This document shows, piece after piece, positions 38,448-47,859 of a DNA stretch of 64,000 nucleotides (the stretch's first letter is position 1; each line of letters opens with the position of its first letter). A program made the position numbers and the translations under genes. The notes below the pieces were generated by a model. That model saw only the letters and a program-made list of their open reading frames with translations. It did no database searches and had not been told where the DNA came from. Source of the DNA: Clostridia bacterium (GTDB taxonomy: Bacteria; Bacillota; Clostridia; Oscillospirales; CAG-272); assembly GCA_017461945.1 (NCBI GenBank), contig JAFTSB010000057.1, forward strand, positions 3,594 through 67,593. The letters run 5' to 3'.

Positions 38448-38924
38448 ATGACAGAACAGGATCAAATCTTTATGGCCTTGGCCTTGGCCGAAGCTGCAAA
38501 AGCCGCCGAGGAGGGAGAAACCCCCATCGGTGCCGTGCTGGCGCGGGATGGGCAGGTCGTGGCCGCAGCACACAATCACCGTGAGCGTACCAATGACGTG
38601 ACCTCGCACGCCGAGCTGGAGGTGCTTCGCCTGGCGGGGCAGCAGCGGGGGGATTGGCGACTTTCGGACTGCACCCTTTATGTGACCCTGGAACCCTGCC
38701 CTATGTGCGCAGGGGCCATCCTGGCCGCCCGCGTGCGGCGTGTTGTTTTTGGGGCCAAGGATGCCACCGCAGGGGCAATGGGCAGCGTACTGAACCTGCC
38801 GCGCTATCCTCTGGGTGCAAAGCCCTTGGTAGAGCAAGGTGTGATGGAGCAGGAATGCAGGGAATTGCTGCAAGGCTTTTTCCGTGCCAGACGCGCTAAG
38901 GCCGAAAAAAGGGATTTGCTTTAA
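38448..38924 (+). CDS. tadA: tRNA adenosine(34) deaminase
   Basis: HAELEVL and TLEPCPMCAGAI zinc-binding deaminase motifs. Confidence 0.92.
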   Translation: MTEQDQIFMALALAEAAKAAEEGETPIGAVLARDGQVVAAAHNHRERTNDVTSHAELEVLRLAGQQRGDWRLSDCTLYVTLEPCPMCAGAILAARVRRVVFGAKDATAGAMGSVLNLPRYPLGAKPLVEQGVMEQECRELLQGFFRARRAKAEKRDLL

Positions 38925-38954
38925 AAAACAAAAACCGTTATATAACCAATAAAC

Positions 38955-38996
38955 ACCCAAAGAGGCCCCCATTTTGGGGGCCTCTTTGGGTGTTTT
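38955..38996. terminator. bidirectional intrinsic terminator
   Basis: 16-bp stem ACCCAAAGAGGCCCCC / GGGGGCCTCTTTGGGT between convergent tadA and icd. Confidence 0.85.
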
Positions 38997-38997
38997 C

Positions 38998-40215
38998 TTA
39001 TGCCAATCTCTTTTCCAATCTTTCGCGAATGGCCGCAATGAAGTCAGCGGAGTTGACTGCCTGCACCTTGGTGCCGGGCACCACCAGACCAACCAGATCC
39101 TTGGTCATAACACCGTCGTTCAAGGTATCAAGGCACGCGCCCTCCAGCTGATCGGCAAAGTGCATCAGCTCCGAAAGACCATCCAGCTCGCCACGCTTGC
39201 GGAGCGCGCCGCTCCAAGCATAAATGGTGGCAATGGGGTTGGTGGAGGTCTGCTCGCCGCGGCAATAGCGGTAATAGTGCTGGGTCACGGTGCCGTGGGC
39301 GGCCTCGTACTCATAGTTGCCGTCGGGGGAAACCAAAACCGAGGTCATCATAGCAAGAGAACCAAAGGCGGTGGAGACCATATCGCTCATTACGTCACCG
39401 TCATAATTCTTACAAGCCCAGATAAAGCCGCCTTTACTGCGGATCACGCGGGCCACGGCATCGTCGATCAGCGTATAGAAATAGGTAATGCCGGCCTGCT
39501 CAAATTTGGCCTTGTATTCGTTTTCGTAAATTTCCTGAAAGATCAGCTTAAAGGTCTGATCGTACTGCTTGGAAATGGTATCTTTGGTGGAAAACCACAG
39601 GTCCTGCTTGGTAGAAAGGGCATATTGGAAGCAGGAATGTGCAAAGGAGCGGATCGAGCTATCCTTGTTATAGGAGCCCTGCAGTACGCCGGGGCACTCA
39701 AAGTTATAGACCGTCTCACGGAAGGTCTCTTTGCCTTCTTTATCGGTAAAGACCAGCTCGGCCTTGCCCTCGGTGGGTACACGGTACTCGGTTGCCTTGT
39801 AAATGTCTCCGTAGGCGTGACGGGCAATGGTAATGGGCTTTTCCCAGTTGCGCACGGCGGGGCGGATGCTGTCGATCAGAATAGGAGCGCGGAACACAGT
39901 GCCGTCCAGAATGGCACGAATGGTACCGTTGGGGGATTTCCACATTTGCGAAAGATGGTATTCCTCCACGCGCTGCTTGTTGGGGGTGATGGTGGCACAT
40001 TTGACCGCCACACCGTATTTCTTGGTGGCGTTAGCAGAATCCAACGTGACCTGATCCTTGGTGCGCTCGCGCTCGGGCAGACCAAGATCGTAATATTCGG
40101 TCTTCAAGTCAACAAAGGGCAGCAGAAGCTCCTCCTTGATCATCTGCCAAAGGATACGGGTCATTTCGTCGCCGTCCATTTCCACCAAGGGAGTTTTCAT
40201 TTTGATCTTTTCCAT
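38998..40215 (-). CDS. icd: NADP-dependent isocitrate dehydrogenase (eukaryote-like type II homodimer)
   Basis: PLVEMDGDEMTRILWQMIKEELLLPFVDL...YYDLGL, KCATITP and NYDGDVMSD. GGAGGT SD 7 nt before ATG 40215. Confidence 0.92.
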   Translation of the reverse strand: MEKIKMKTPLVEMDGDEMTRILWQMIKEELLLPFVDLKTEYYDLGLPERERTKDQVTLDSANATKKYGVAVKCATITPNKQRVEEYHLSQMWKSPNGTIRAILDGTVFRAPILIDSIRPAVRNWEKPITIARHAYGDIYKATEYRVPTEGKAELVFTDKEGKETFRETVYNFECPGVLQGSYNKDSSIRSFAHSCFQYALSTKQDLWFSTKDTISKQYDQTFKLIFQEIYENEYKAKFEQAGITYFYTLIDDAVARVIRSKGGFIWACKNYDGDVMSDMVSTAFGSLAMMTSVLVSPDGNYEYEAAHGTVTQHYYRYCRGEQTSTNPIATIYAWSGALRKRGELDGLSELMHFADQLEGACLDTLNDGVMTKDLVGLVVPGTKVQAVNSADFIAAIRERLEKRLA

Positions 40216-40271
40216 ATTCAATACCTCCGAAATTTGGAAAAATAAAGATACGTATTGCGTTTTTGCGCCAT

Positions 40272-41126
40272 TTACCGTGCTTCGCGCTCTGCAATCCGGC
40301 GCACACGGTTAAGGGCAAGTGCATAAAAATCGGCCAAGGGCATAGCGCGATAAGCATCATGGTCCGACCGGCCGGGGCTGGGAGTCAGCTTCAGCTCACA
40401 CATCAGTGGTCCGCGATAAGGCGAGGCGTCGATACGATCCATCACGTTCTCCCAGTTGACAATGCCGTCACCGGGGGGGAGATGCATATCGTTGTAGACC
40501 CAAAGGGCAGAATCGGTTTCAGGCGCCCAGCGCCCGTGGTTGTCGTTGAGATGCGTGAGGCAAAGCTTGTGGCCGTAAAGGGCCATCATATCCTTGCCGC
40601 GATTGTGGCACTGCTCGTGACCGGTGTCAAAGCAAAAGCCGCAGGCGGGGGAGTGGCCAAAGGTCTGCATGACGGCGGCCAAATATTCTTCACCCTCCAA
40701 GTTCTCAAACCCAACCGTTACGCCGTTTTGTTCCGCCGTGTCCAAGATGCGAGCATAGCGATCCAGTCCGATCTGTGACAGAGGCGGAAAATGATAGCCG
40801 ATGCAGGGGTGTACCACCATCACCTGCACGCCGTGCCGGGCGCAATCCCGGATGCAATCCATCAGCATAGTGGCTACCGCATCTCCTGCTTCTCCTTCAC
40901 GCCATAGCTGGGGCGTTTGCTTGCAGGGGGCGTGAATGGAATAGTAGTCAAGGCCGCATCGCTCCGCCGTTTTGGCCAGCATGGCGGTCTGGTCGGGCTC
41001 CCAGGCTGTAAAGAAGGCATCAAAGCCTGCATCCCGCACCATTTCGATCTGCTGCTGTGTGGGGTAGCGACTGGTGTCGCCCAAAATGTTGATACCGTAG
41101 GTTCGTTTTTTTGACATTTGTATCAC
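40272..41126 (-). CDS. xylose-isomerase-like TIM-barrel protein (sugar phosphate isomerase/epimerase family), paralog 1
   Basis: FENLEGE, DTGHEQCHN, LTHLNDN, PGDGIVNW. Start uncertain (GTG 41126 or ATG 41117). Confidence 0.75.
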   Translation of the reverse strand: MIQMSKKRTYGINILGDTSRYPTQQQIEMVRDAGFDAFFTAWEPDQTAMLAKTAERCGLDYYSIHAPCKQTPQLWREGEAGDAVATMLMDCIRDCARHGVQVMVVHPCIGYHFPPLSQIGLDRYARILDTAEQNGVTVGFENLEGEEYLAAVMQTFGHSPACGFCFDTGHEQCHNRGKDMMALYGHKLCLTHLNDNHGRWAPETDSALWVYNDMHLPPGDGIVNWENVMDRIDASPYRGPLMCELKLTPSPGRSDHDAYRAMPLADFYALALNRVRRIAEREAR

Positions 41127-41956
41127 AAAGAGCGGTCACGTACACGGCGTGCGCGCTCCAGGGTCAAGGCGTAAAACGTGTCAATGGGCATATTGACATA
41201 CGCTCCGTGTGTGTTGCGTTCGGGCTTGTTTTTGGTGGTCAGCTCGCAGGAAAGCACGCCCTCAAAGGGGGAGGCCTCAATGCGTTCCATAACGGTCTTC
41301 CAGTCCACAATACCGTCACCCATAGGCAGGTGGGAATCGTCGTACCACGTAATGATGTCGCCGGTGACACCCAAATTGTCATCAAAGTGCGTGTGGCAGA
41401 GCTTTTCACCGTAAAGGGCCATCATATCACTGTTGCGATAACATTGCTCGTGGCCGGTGTCATAGCAAAAGCCAACGCAGGGCTCGTTCCAGAATTTTTG
41501 CATGACGGCAGCGAGAAATTCCTCTCGCTCGGTGTTCTCAAACGCCAGCTTTACGCCATGCCTGTTGCCGGCCTCGATAATGCGGGCATAGCCGTCCAAT
41601 CCCACCTGCGTGGGGGCAGCAGGGGTCTTGGGCGAAAAGCCGTTCATGGTGTGCAGCACCACGACCGGGATGTCAAAACGAGCGCAATCCTCGATACAAG
41701 CGATCATGGTGGCAATCTCCTTTTCGCCGTCCTCACCGCCGTTCCAAATACGGTACTCGTGGCTGAAGGGAGCGTGGAGAGAGGTGTAGATCAAGCCGTT
41801 TTTGGCACCCGTTTCGGCCCATTTTTCCACGTTGTTGTGATCCCAGCTGGTGAAAAAGGCATCCCAGCCGATTTGCTTGACCAACTCAATGTGCTGGGGG
41901 ATGGTCAGCTCGCTTCGTCCGCCCTGTATGTTAATGCCAAGCTTAAATTCTTTCAT
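41123..41956 (-). CDS. xylose-isomerase-like TIM-barrel protein, paralog 2
   Basis: FENTEREE, DTGHEQCYRNSDMMALYGEKLCHTHFDDNLG, MGDGIVDWK. GGGAGA SD. Confidence 0.78.
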   Translation of the reverse strand: MKEFKLGINIQGGRSELTIPQHIELVKQIGWDAFFTSWDHNNVEKWAETGAKNGLIYTSLHAPFSHEYRIWNGGEDGEKEIATMIACIEDCARFDIPVVVLHTMNGFSPKTPAAPTQVGLDGYARIIEAGNRHGVKLAFENTEREEFLAAVMQKFWNEPCVGFCYDTGHEQCYRNSDMMALYGEKLCHTHFDDNLGVTGDIITWYDDSHLPMGDGIVDWKTVMERIEASPFEGVLSCELTTKNKPERNTHGAYVNMPIDTFYALTLERARRVRDRSL

Positions 41957-41958
41957 TG

Positions 41959-42810
41959 TTACATCTCCCGGTCTCTGACCTTGCGTGCCCGATTCAGAGC
42001 AAAGGCGTAATATTGATCAATGGACATTGCGGCATAGGCGTCGTGATCGGGTCTGCCGTTTTTGTTGTGACGGGTCAGCTCACAGATCAGCGGCCCTTCG
42101 TAGGGAGAAGCATCAATGCGGTCCATTACGCCCTTCCAATCCACAATGCCATCGCCCATGGTCAGGTGCAGGTCATTCTTCCAGCTCAAATCAATGGGCA
42201 GGGTCTTGTCAATGGTGCCAAGATTGTCATTGAAGTGGGTGTGACACAGTTTTTCGCCGTAAAGTGCCATCATGTCCTTGCCCCCGTTATAGCATTGCTC
42301 GTGGCCGGTGTCCAGGCAAAAGCCACAGCTGGGCTCGTTCCAGAAGGTTTTCATCAGGGCGGCTAAATATTCCTCACCCTCTACGTTTTCAAAGCCAAGG
42401 GTCACGCCCAACTTATTGGCAACCTCAATCACACGGGCATAGTTATCCAGACCTACTTGGGTGGGGGTGTGGTCCTTAAAGCCGATGAAGGGGTGAATGA
42501 CCATCACAGGGATGTCAAAGCGTGCGCAATCCTTTACGCAATCGATCAGCGCGTTGGTCACAAACACACCCTCCTCGCCCTCGCGCCACATGCGGCTGAC
42601 CTTATAGTCGCCGCTGAAGGGGGAGTGGATGGATTGATAGATCAGACCGTTACGGGCGGCGGTGTTGGCCCATTCCTCTACCTTGTTGTGATCCCAACCG
42701 GTGAAAAAGGCATCCCAGCCCACCTGCTTGATCAGATCAATGTGCTGTGAAACGGTCATGCCGGGGACGTCGGCAATGATGTTAATGCCCAGCTTATACT
42801 GTTTAGCCAT
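41959..42810 (-). CDS. xylose-isomerase-like TIM-barrel protein, paralog 3
   Basis: FENVEGEE, DTGHEQCYNGGKDMMALYGEKLCHTHFNDNLG, MGDGIVDWK. AAAGGAG SD before MAKQYKLG. Confidence 0.78.
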   Translation of the reverse strand: MAKQYKLGINIIADVPGMTVSQHIDLIKQVGWDAFFTGWDHNKVEEWANTAARNGLIYQSIHSPFSGDYKVSRMWREGEEGVFVTNALIDCVKDCARFDIPVMVIHPFIGFKDHTPTQVGLDNYARVIEVANKLGVTLGFENVEGEEYLAALMKTFWNEPSCGFCLDTGHEQCYNGGKDMMALYGEKLCHTHFNDNLGTIDKTLPIDLSWKNDLHLTMGDGIVDWKGVMDRIDASPYEGPLICELTRHNKNGRPDHDAYAAMSIDQYYAFALNRARKVRDREM

Positions 42811-42845
42811 GTTGAAAACTCCTTTCAAAACGGTATACCGTGTGC

Positions 42846-45095
42846 TTATTTTTGTGCCTGTGCGGCGTAATAGTTCATCAGACAACCGCGCAGAATGATT
42901 TCCTTTTCGTTGTCGGTCAGCCCCTTGATGTACAGTACGATGGGCTCTGTCGTGCCGTCTGCGCGGATCACCTTGGCAGGAAAGGCCTCGCAGCCCGCTG
43001 CAATGCCCTCGCGCACATCGGGGACAAATACAAAATCGCCCTCGCTGTACTCAAACTTGGTCTTGGGATCCAGCGTGAAGGGGAGAATACCCCAGTTGAT
43101 GCAGTTAGAGCGATAGCGCTTGGTGGCAAATTCATAGCAGATATTGGCAAAGCCACCCAGCACCTTCTGGCAGGAGGCGGCTTGCTCACGGGCCGAGCCG
43201 TCACCCGGCTTATTTGCAAACACGCAGGAGCCAAATTGGGTCACAGGTGCCAGCTCCTCCGCTTTTCCCACCTTGGATAGGGCAAAACGGATCTTCTCCG
43301 ACAGCTTGCCCTCCCGGCGCGCAGCCTCGTCGGCGGCAACCGCCTTGGAACGTCCCACATATGCGGGGCACCGGCGAGAAAGGGCAAATTCAGAAAGGCG
43401 CAAGGGGTTAGAACGGTAAGAGGAGGTCTCGCCGGAGGGGATCAACTCGTCGGTGGTAGTGACGGGATCGTGAATAACAGCGGCCAACTCTAAGAGCATA
43501 TTATCGGCAAGCTCGTACATTTTCGGCCAGTCGGTGATGTTGGGGCCAAGGATCAGCTCGGCTTCCTTATCGGCCTTGCCAAAGCCATAGTAGCAGCGCT
43601 TTTCATAAACCGAGCGATCATAGTGATACTTGTGCATCTCGTGGTCGTAAGTCACATCGGTGGCGGCGGTAATGATGCCGCCGTTGGCGGCGGTAGCTGC
43701 AATGGAGCGTGCATCCATCAGTGCCACGCCTGAAAGCTGACCCTCACCGGGCTTAGAGCCCTCGCGGTTGGGGAAGTTACGGGTGGTGTGACGGAGCGAA
43801 AGACCGTTGTTGGCGGGCACATCGCCGGCACCAAAGCAGGGCCCGCAGAAGGAGGGCTTGATGACCGCGCCGTTTGCCAGAAGATCGGCAGAAACGCCAA
43901 TGCGGGTCAGCTCCAGAGATACGGGCACGCTGGTGGGATAGACCGACAGTGAGAAATAGCTGTTGCCCACATTGCCGGTTTTGAGAATGGAGGAGGCCTC
44001 ATCAATGCTGTCAAACATACCGCCGGCGCAGCCTGCGATAATACCCTGATCGGCCATGACCTTGCCATCGGGGCGGACCTTGGAGACCAGATCCAGCTTG
44101 GCCTTTTTTCCAAACTTTTCCGCGGCTTCAGCCTCTACCTCTGCCAGCAGCTCCTTTGCGTGCTGGTTAAAATAGTGAATGGTATACGCTCTGGAGGGGT
44201 GGAAGGGCAGGGCGATCATCGACTCCATTTTTGAAAGATCGATCTCTACCATGCGGTCGTAGTAGGCCACCTTGCCGGGCTGCAGCTTTTTGTAGTCCTC
44301 GGGTCTGCCGTGGGCCTTGTAGTGCTGCTCCACCACCTCATCGGTCTCCCAAATCGAGGAAAGGCAGGTGGTTTCGGTGGTCATTACGTCAATGCCGTTA
44401 CGGAAGTCCATGGGCAGCTCCTTCACACCGGGGCCAACGAACTCCAGCACGCGGTTTTTCACAAAGCCGCTTTCAAAGGTGGCACCCACCAGGGCAATGG
44501 CCACGTCGTGGGGACCGATGCCCTTTTTGGGCTTGCCGGTCAGATATACCAGAACCACCTCGGGGGTGGGAATGTCATAGGTGTTTTTCAAAAGCTGCTT
44601 GACCAGCTCAGGGCCGCCCTCACCGACGGCCATCGTGCCGAGAGCGCCATAGCGGGTGTGGCTGTCCGAGCCCAGGATCATAGCGCCGCATTTGGCCATT
44701 TCCTCACGGGCAAAGGAATGGATGACGCTTTGATTGGCGGGTACGTAAATGCCGCCATATTTTTTTGCGGCAGAAAGTCCGAATACGTGGTCGTCCTCAT
44801 TGATGGTGCCGCCAACCGCGCAAAGGGAATTGTGACAGTTGGTCATGGCATAGGGCATAGGGAATTCCTTCAAGCCGCTGGCACGGGCGGTCTGGATGAT
44901 GCCCACATAAGTGATATCGTGAGAAAGCATCGCATCAAAGCGGATGTTCAGCTGTTCGTCATTGCCGGAGGTGTTATGCGCTTGCAGAATGGAGTACGCA
45001 ATGGTGTTTTTGCGTGCCTCTGCAGGGGTGAGAGGGGCGGTTGCGGCCACCTTGCCGTCAACAAGATAAACGCCCTTGTCGGTTAATTTGATCAT
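42846..45095 (-). CDS. aconitase-family Fe-S hydratase (putative aconitate hydratase)
   Basis: ILGSDSHTRYG, IIAGCAGG and FCGPCFGAG (aconitase cluster-ligand contexts), with a C-terminal swivel-like domain. AAAGGAG SD. Confidence 0.82.
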   Translation of the reverse strand: MIKLTDKGVYLVDGKVAATAPLTPAEARKNTIAYSILQAHNTSGNDEQLNIRFDAMLSHDITYVGIIQTARASGLKEFPMPYAMTNCHNSLCAVGGTINEDDHVFGLSAAKKYGGIYVPANQSVIHSFAREEMAKCGAMILGSDSHTRYGALGTMAVGEGGPELVKQLLKNTYDIPTPEVVLVYLTGKPKKGIGPHDVAIALVGATFESGFVKNRVLEFVGPGVKELPMDFRNGIDVMTTETTCLSSIWETDEVVEQHYKAHGRPEDYKKLQPGKVAYYDRMVEIDLSKMESMIALPFHPSRAYTIHYFNQHAKELLAEVEAEAAEKFGKKAKLDLVSKVRPDGKVMADQGIIAGCAGGMFDSIDEASSILKTGNVGNSYFSLSVYPTSVPVSLELTRIGVSADLLANGAVIKPSFCGPCFGAGDVPANNGLSLRHTTRNFPNREGSKPGEGQLSGVALMDARSIAATAANGGIITAATDVTYDHEMHKYHYDRSVYEKRCYYGFGKADKEAELILGPNITDWPKMYELADNMLLELAAVIHDPVTTTDELIPSGETSSYRSNPLRLSEFALSRRCPAYVGRSKAVAADEAARREGKLSEKIRFALSKVGKAEELAPVTQFGSCVFANKPGDGSAREQAASCQKVLGGFANICYEFATKRYRSNCINWGILPFTLDPKTKFEYSEGDFVFVPDVREGIAAGCEAFPAKVIRADGTTEPIVLYIKGLTDNEKEIILRGCLMNYYAAQAQK

Positions 45096-45204
45096 AGGAC
45101 TGCTCCTTTGAATAAATATACAGTAATATTATATAAAACAAAAATAAGAAAGTCAAGGTATGCGCTTCAATTTTTAGGGTTTGCATAATATTTCCGACTT
45201 TCCC

Positions 45205-45233
45205 TTGCCAAAAATAAGAGAGTATGATAAAAT
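45205..45233 (+). promoter_or_regulatory. sigma-70-like promoter
   Basis: TTGCCA (45205-45210), 17-nt spacer, TAAAAT (45228-45233) preceded by TGA. Confidence 0.55.
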
Positions 45234-45263
45234 ACAAGCGAATCGGAAAAGAGGTGAACAGCG

Positions 45264-46070
45264 GTGTTTGGAATGAAAGAAGTATGCGAGTGCCCCATTT
45301 GCGGCAAGGAGTATGACACCAACCCCGGCACCTGCTCCTGTGGCTTTGAAGGGCTTGTGTTTTTGCCGTGCTACACCACCGATGCCGTGCGCGAAAAATA
45401 CGAAGGGAAGCGAAAGGAGATGACCTTTCGGATCTATAAATTCGCCAAGCAGGTCTATTATGGAGAAAAGCCTTACGAAAGCTCCTCGCTGGTGACCTAT
45501 GAACGGGAGAACCGCATTGACGTGGATGAGGCGTTGGAGCGGCGCGGTCTGGCGGTGGTCGATCCTGCCCGACAACAAAAAAATGGCCTGCCCACCGTGG
45601 CTGTCGAGGGCCTTTTGGCAATGCGCTCCAATGTGCGCGCCCTGATCCTCAACACCGACGAGGCCGAATACAGCGTGCTGGATGAAAGCGGCGTGGAGAT
45701 CCTGCTGCTGGGGGCGCATTTCAAACGATTTTGCGACGGTGGCCTTTTGCAATATCGGGCACTTCGCTATCTTTGGGTGGACGGCAAAAACCGTCACTTT
45801 ATGGCCGACGATAACGTGCTGTTCAGCAAGGATCGGACCAAGCTGCATCTATATGCCCGTTCCCGACCCGGAGAGGAATACCGTGTGCCACCTTGTGTCA
45901 AAATTCTGGAACCGTATAGCTTTTTTATGCCCCATTTTCTCAAAAAACTGTATCTCCCCAAGGGGATTCGTATTGCCCAAAATGCGCTGACGATCCACAA
46001 CGCTTACACCAAAAATGATAACGGCGAGCTGGTCAAAGTACAGCCCGATTTCGAAGTAGTCTACTATTGA
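45264..46070 (+). CDS. hypothetical protein: N-terminal zinc-ribbon plus BspA-type leucine-rich-repeat-like C-domain
   Basis: CECPICGKEYDTNPGTCSCG (4-Cys ribbon). The C-terminal pattern KILEPYSFFMPHFLKKLYLPKGIRIAQNAL is typical of the BspA-like LRR. Start GTG 45264 or ATG 45273. Confidence 0.6.
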   Translation: MFGMKEVCECPICGKEYDTNPGTCSCGFEGLVFLPCYTTDAVREKYEGKRKEMTFRIYKFAKQVYYGEKPYESSSLVTYERENRIDVDEALERRGLAVVDPARQQKNGLPTVAVEGLLAMRSNVRALILNTDEAEYSVLDESGVEILLLGAHFKRFCDGGLLQYRALRYLWVDGKNRHFMADDNVLFSKDRTKLHLYARSRPGEEYRVPPCVKILEPYSFFMPHFLKKLYLPKGIRIAQNALTIHNAYTKNDNGELVKVQPDFEVVYY

Positions 46071-46084
46071 GGGGAGGGGAACGT

Positions 46085-46612
46085 ATGCTGTTGAAAACGG
46101 AATGGTTCTCTCGCCCCGCTACCAAGCTGGCCCCCCTCTTGCTTGGCAAGCTGCTCTGCCGCCGCTTGCCTGACGGCACGGTGCTGCGCTATCGCATAAC
46201 CGAGACCGAGTGTTATTTTGGTGAGGAGGATACGGCCTGCCACGCCCACAAGGGGCGCACGCCGCGCACCGATACGCTGTATCAAGGGGGTGGCATCACT
46301 TATGTGTATTTGTGTTATGGTATCCATAGCCTGCTCAATCTGGTTACCGGAGAAAAAGACCATCCTGAGGCAGTTTTGATCCGCGGCATCGAAGGGGCGA
46401 GCGGCCCCGGCAGAGTCACCAAGCGATTGGAGATCACCTGTGCCGATAACCGCTTGATCCTGACTCCGGAAAACGGTATTTGGATCGAGGATGACGGCAC
46501 ACCGCCACCCGCTTATGTAGCACTGCCACGGGTGGGTATTGATTATGCCGACCCATGCGACCGCGATCGCCCGTGGCGCTATCTTTTGACACAAAAAGGA
46601 GATACGGTGTGA
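46085..46612 (+). CDS. mpg: DNA-3-methyladenine glycosylase (Mpg/AAG family)
   Basis: LLGKLLCRRLPDGTVLRYRITETECYFGEEDTACHAHKGRTPRT...YVYLCYGIHSLLN. GGGGAGGGG SD. Confidence 0.9.
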   Translation: MLLKTEWFSRPATKLAPLLLGKLLCRRLPDGTVLRYRITETECYFGEEDTACHAHKGRTPRTDTLYQGGGITYVYLCYGIHSLLNLVTGEKDHPEAVLIRGIEGASGPGRVTKRLEITCADNRLILTPENGIWIEDDGTPPPAYVALPRVGIDYADPCDRDRPWRYLLTQKGDTV

Positions 46613-47514
46613 AAAAAACACGCATTTTGCTGATTTCTGATATCCATTATACCACCGAGCAAACTGCCAGGGAGCTCAAGGAGATCGATCCTGTGATCAA
46701 GGGCTCGCTTGCCAATGGCCCCATTCTTGGTTATACACAAAAGCAGCGAATGGATTTTATGCTGGAATGTATTCTGCGCGAGCACGCCGCCGCTCCCTTA
46801 GATGCTATTTTGGTGCCGGGAGACCTTTCTATTGATGATTATGATTTCCGCTGCCTGCCACGCAATTATTGCTATGGCGTGAAAAAGGATTATCTGGAGC
46901 GATTTCCGGCCCCCACTTATGTACTTCCTGGCAATCACGATAGCTATCCCAATGTGATCTGGCAAAAGTATATGGGCACCCCCCGTCAGTTTTCAGCGGA
47001 GGTGAACGGTTGCTTGTATTTAATGGCTGACACCTATAACCATACCCCTGCACACAGTGCCTCAGGTTCTCCCTATACGCCCCTTGATCTTGCCTGGGTG
47101 GAGGAGGAATTAAACGCCCATCCGGGGATGCCTGCGTTCTTGCTAGCGCACTATTTTAAGCCAGCCGAAGAAAGCACCCAATTTGCAGAATTTTTGACTA
47201 CGCATTCCCAAATTCGCGCTCTTTTTATGGGACACACCCATCGTTTTGCCGCCCACGATCCTGCCCCTGCATATGGCAATAAGCCTTTGTTTGATATCGG
47301 TGGCTTTTCCTATTATACCAGGCCTACCGATGGCAAATGGGATTTCAACATCTTCCATCCCGAATGGCGTTGGGGCTATCAGTTGCTGGAGCTGGATCAG
47401 AAGCAGTTCCATAGCTGGCACGTGTTTCCTGCCGTGCATTATCACGGCCACAACGGCGATTTTGATCTGCCCTGTGAGATCACCGAGGTCAAGAGCTACG
47501 CACTGTACGATTGA
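46609..47514 (+). CDS. calcineurin-like metallophosphoesterase
   Basis: ILLISDIHYT, VPGDLSIDD, LPGNHDS, MGHTHRF. The GTG start overlaps the mpg stop. Confidence 0.8.
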   Translation: MKKTRILLISDIHYTTEQTARELKEIDPVIKGSLANGPILGYTQKQRMDFMLECILREHAAAPLDAILVPGDLSIDDYDFRCLPRNYCYGVKKDYLERFPAPTYVLPGNHDSYPNVIWQKYMGTPRQFSAEVNGCLYLMADTYNHTPAHSASGSPYTPLDLAWVEEELNAHPGMPAFLLAHYFKPAEESTQFAEFLTTHSQIRALFMGHTHRFAAHDPAPAYGNKPLFDIGGFSYYTRPTDGKWDFNIFHPEWRWGYQLLELDQKQFHSWHVFPAVHYHGHNGDFDLPCEITEVKSYALYD

Positions 47515-47520
47515 TCCTGC

Positions 47521-47555
47521 AAAAAGGCCGCCGAGCCAATGCTCGGCGGCCTTTC
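47521..47555. terminator. bidirectional intrinsic terminator
   Basis: GGCCGCCGAGC-CAAT-GCTCGGCGGCC flanked by A5 and TTTC. Confidence 0.8.
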
Positions 47556-47563
47556 AATTGCAC

Positions 47564-47743
47564 TCAATCCTTGGTTTCAAAATTGCCAAGCGTCATATCC
47601 TGTGCGGCTTGCTCGGGCGCAAAATTGCCCAGGGACATTTCGGTGTGCGCCCGATTGGGTACGGGAGGATCCGGCACCTCAAATTCAGGTACAAAGGGTG
47701 CTTCAATTTCCAATTGCTTTTTCTTTTTCTTGGGGTCTGTCAT
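47564..47743 (-). CDS. small hypothetical protein (59 aa) with an internal M(S/T)LGNF repeat
   Basis: GAGGTG SD 6 nt before ATG 47743. Sequence MTDPKKKKKQLEIEAPFVPEFEVPDPPVPNRAHTEMSLGNFAPEQAAQDMTLGNFETKD. Flanked by terminators on both sides. Confidence 0.4.
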   Translation of the reverse strand: MTDPKKKKKQLEIEAPFVPEFEVPDPPVPNRAHTEMSLGNFAPEQAAQDMTLGNFETKD

Positions 47744-47796
47744 ATTCATCACCTCGTTATTATTTTGATACGTGTGCCTGTTTTTTATACCAAAAT

Positions 47797-47851
47797 AAAA
47801 AAACGCCGATCTCGGTGCGTCCTCCCGAAAGCGAACGCATCAAGATCGGCG
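47797..47851 (-). terminator. intrinsic terminator after the Ldh_2 gene
   Basis: CGCCGATCT (47804-47812) / AGATCGGCG (47843-47851) with an inner GCGT/ACGC stem. T7 on the minus strand (A-run 47797-47803). Confidence 0.7.
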
Positions 47852-47859
47852 GCAGTTTT

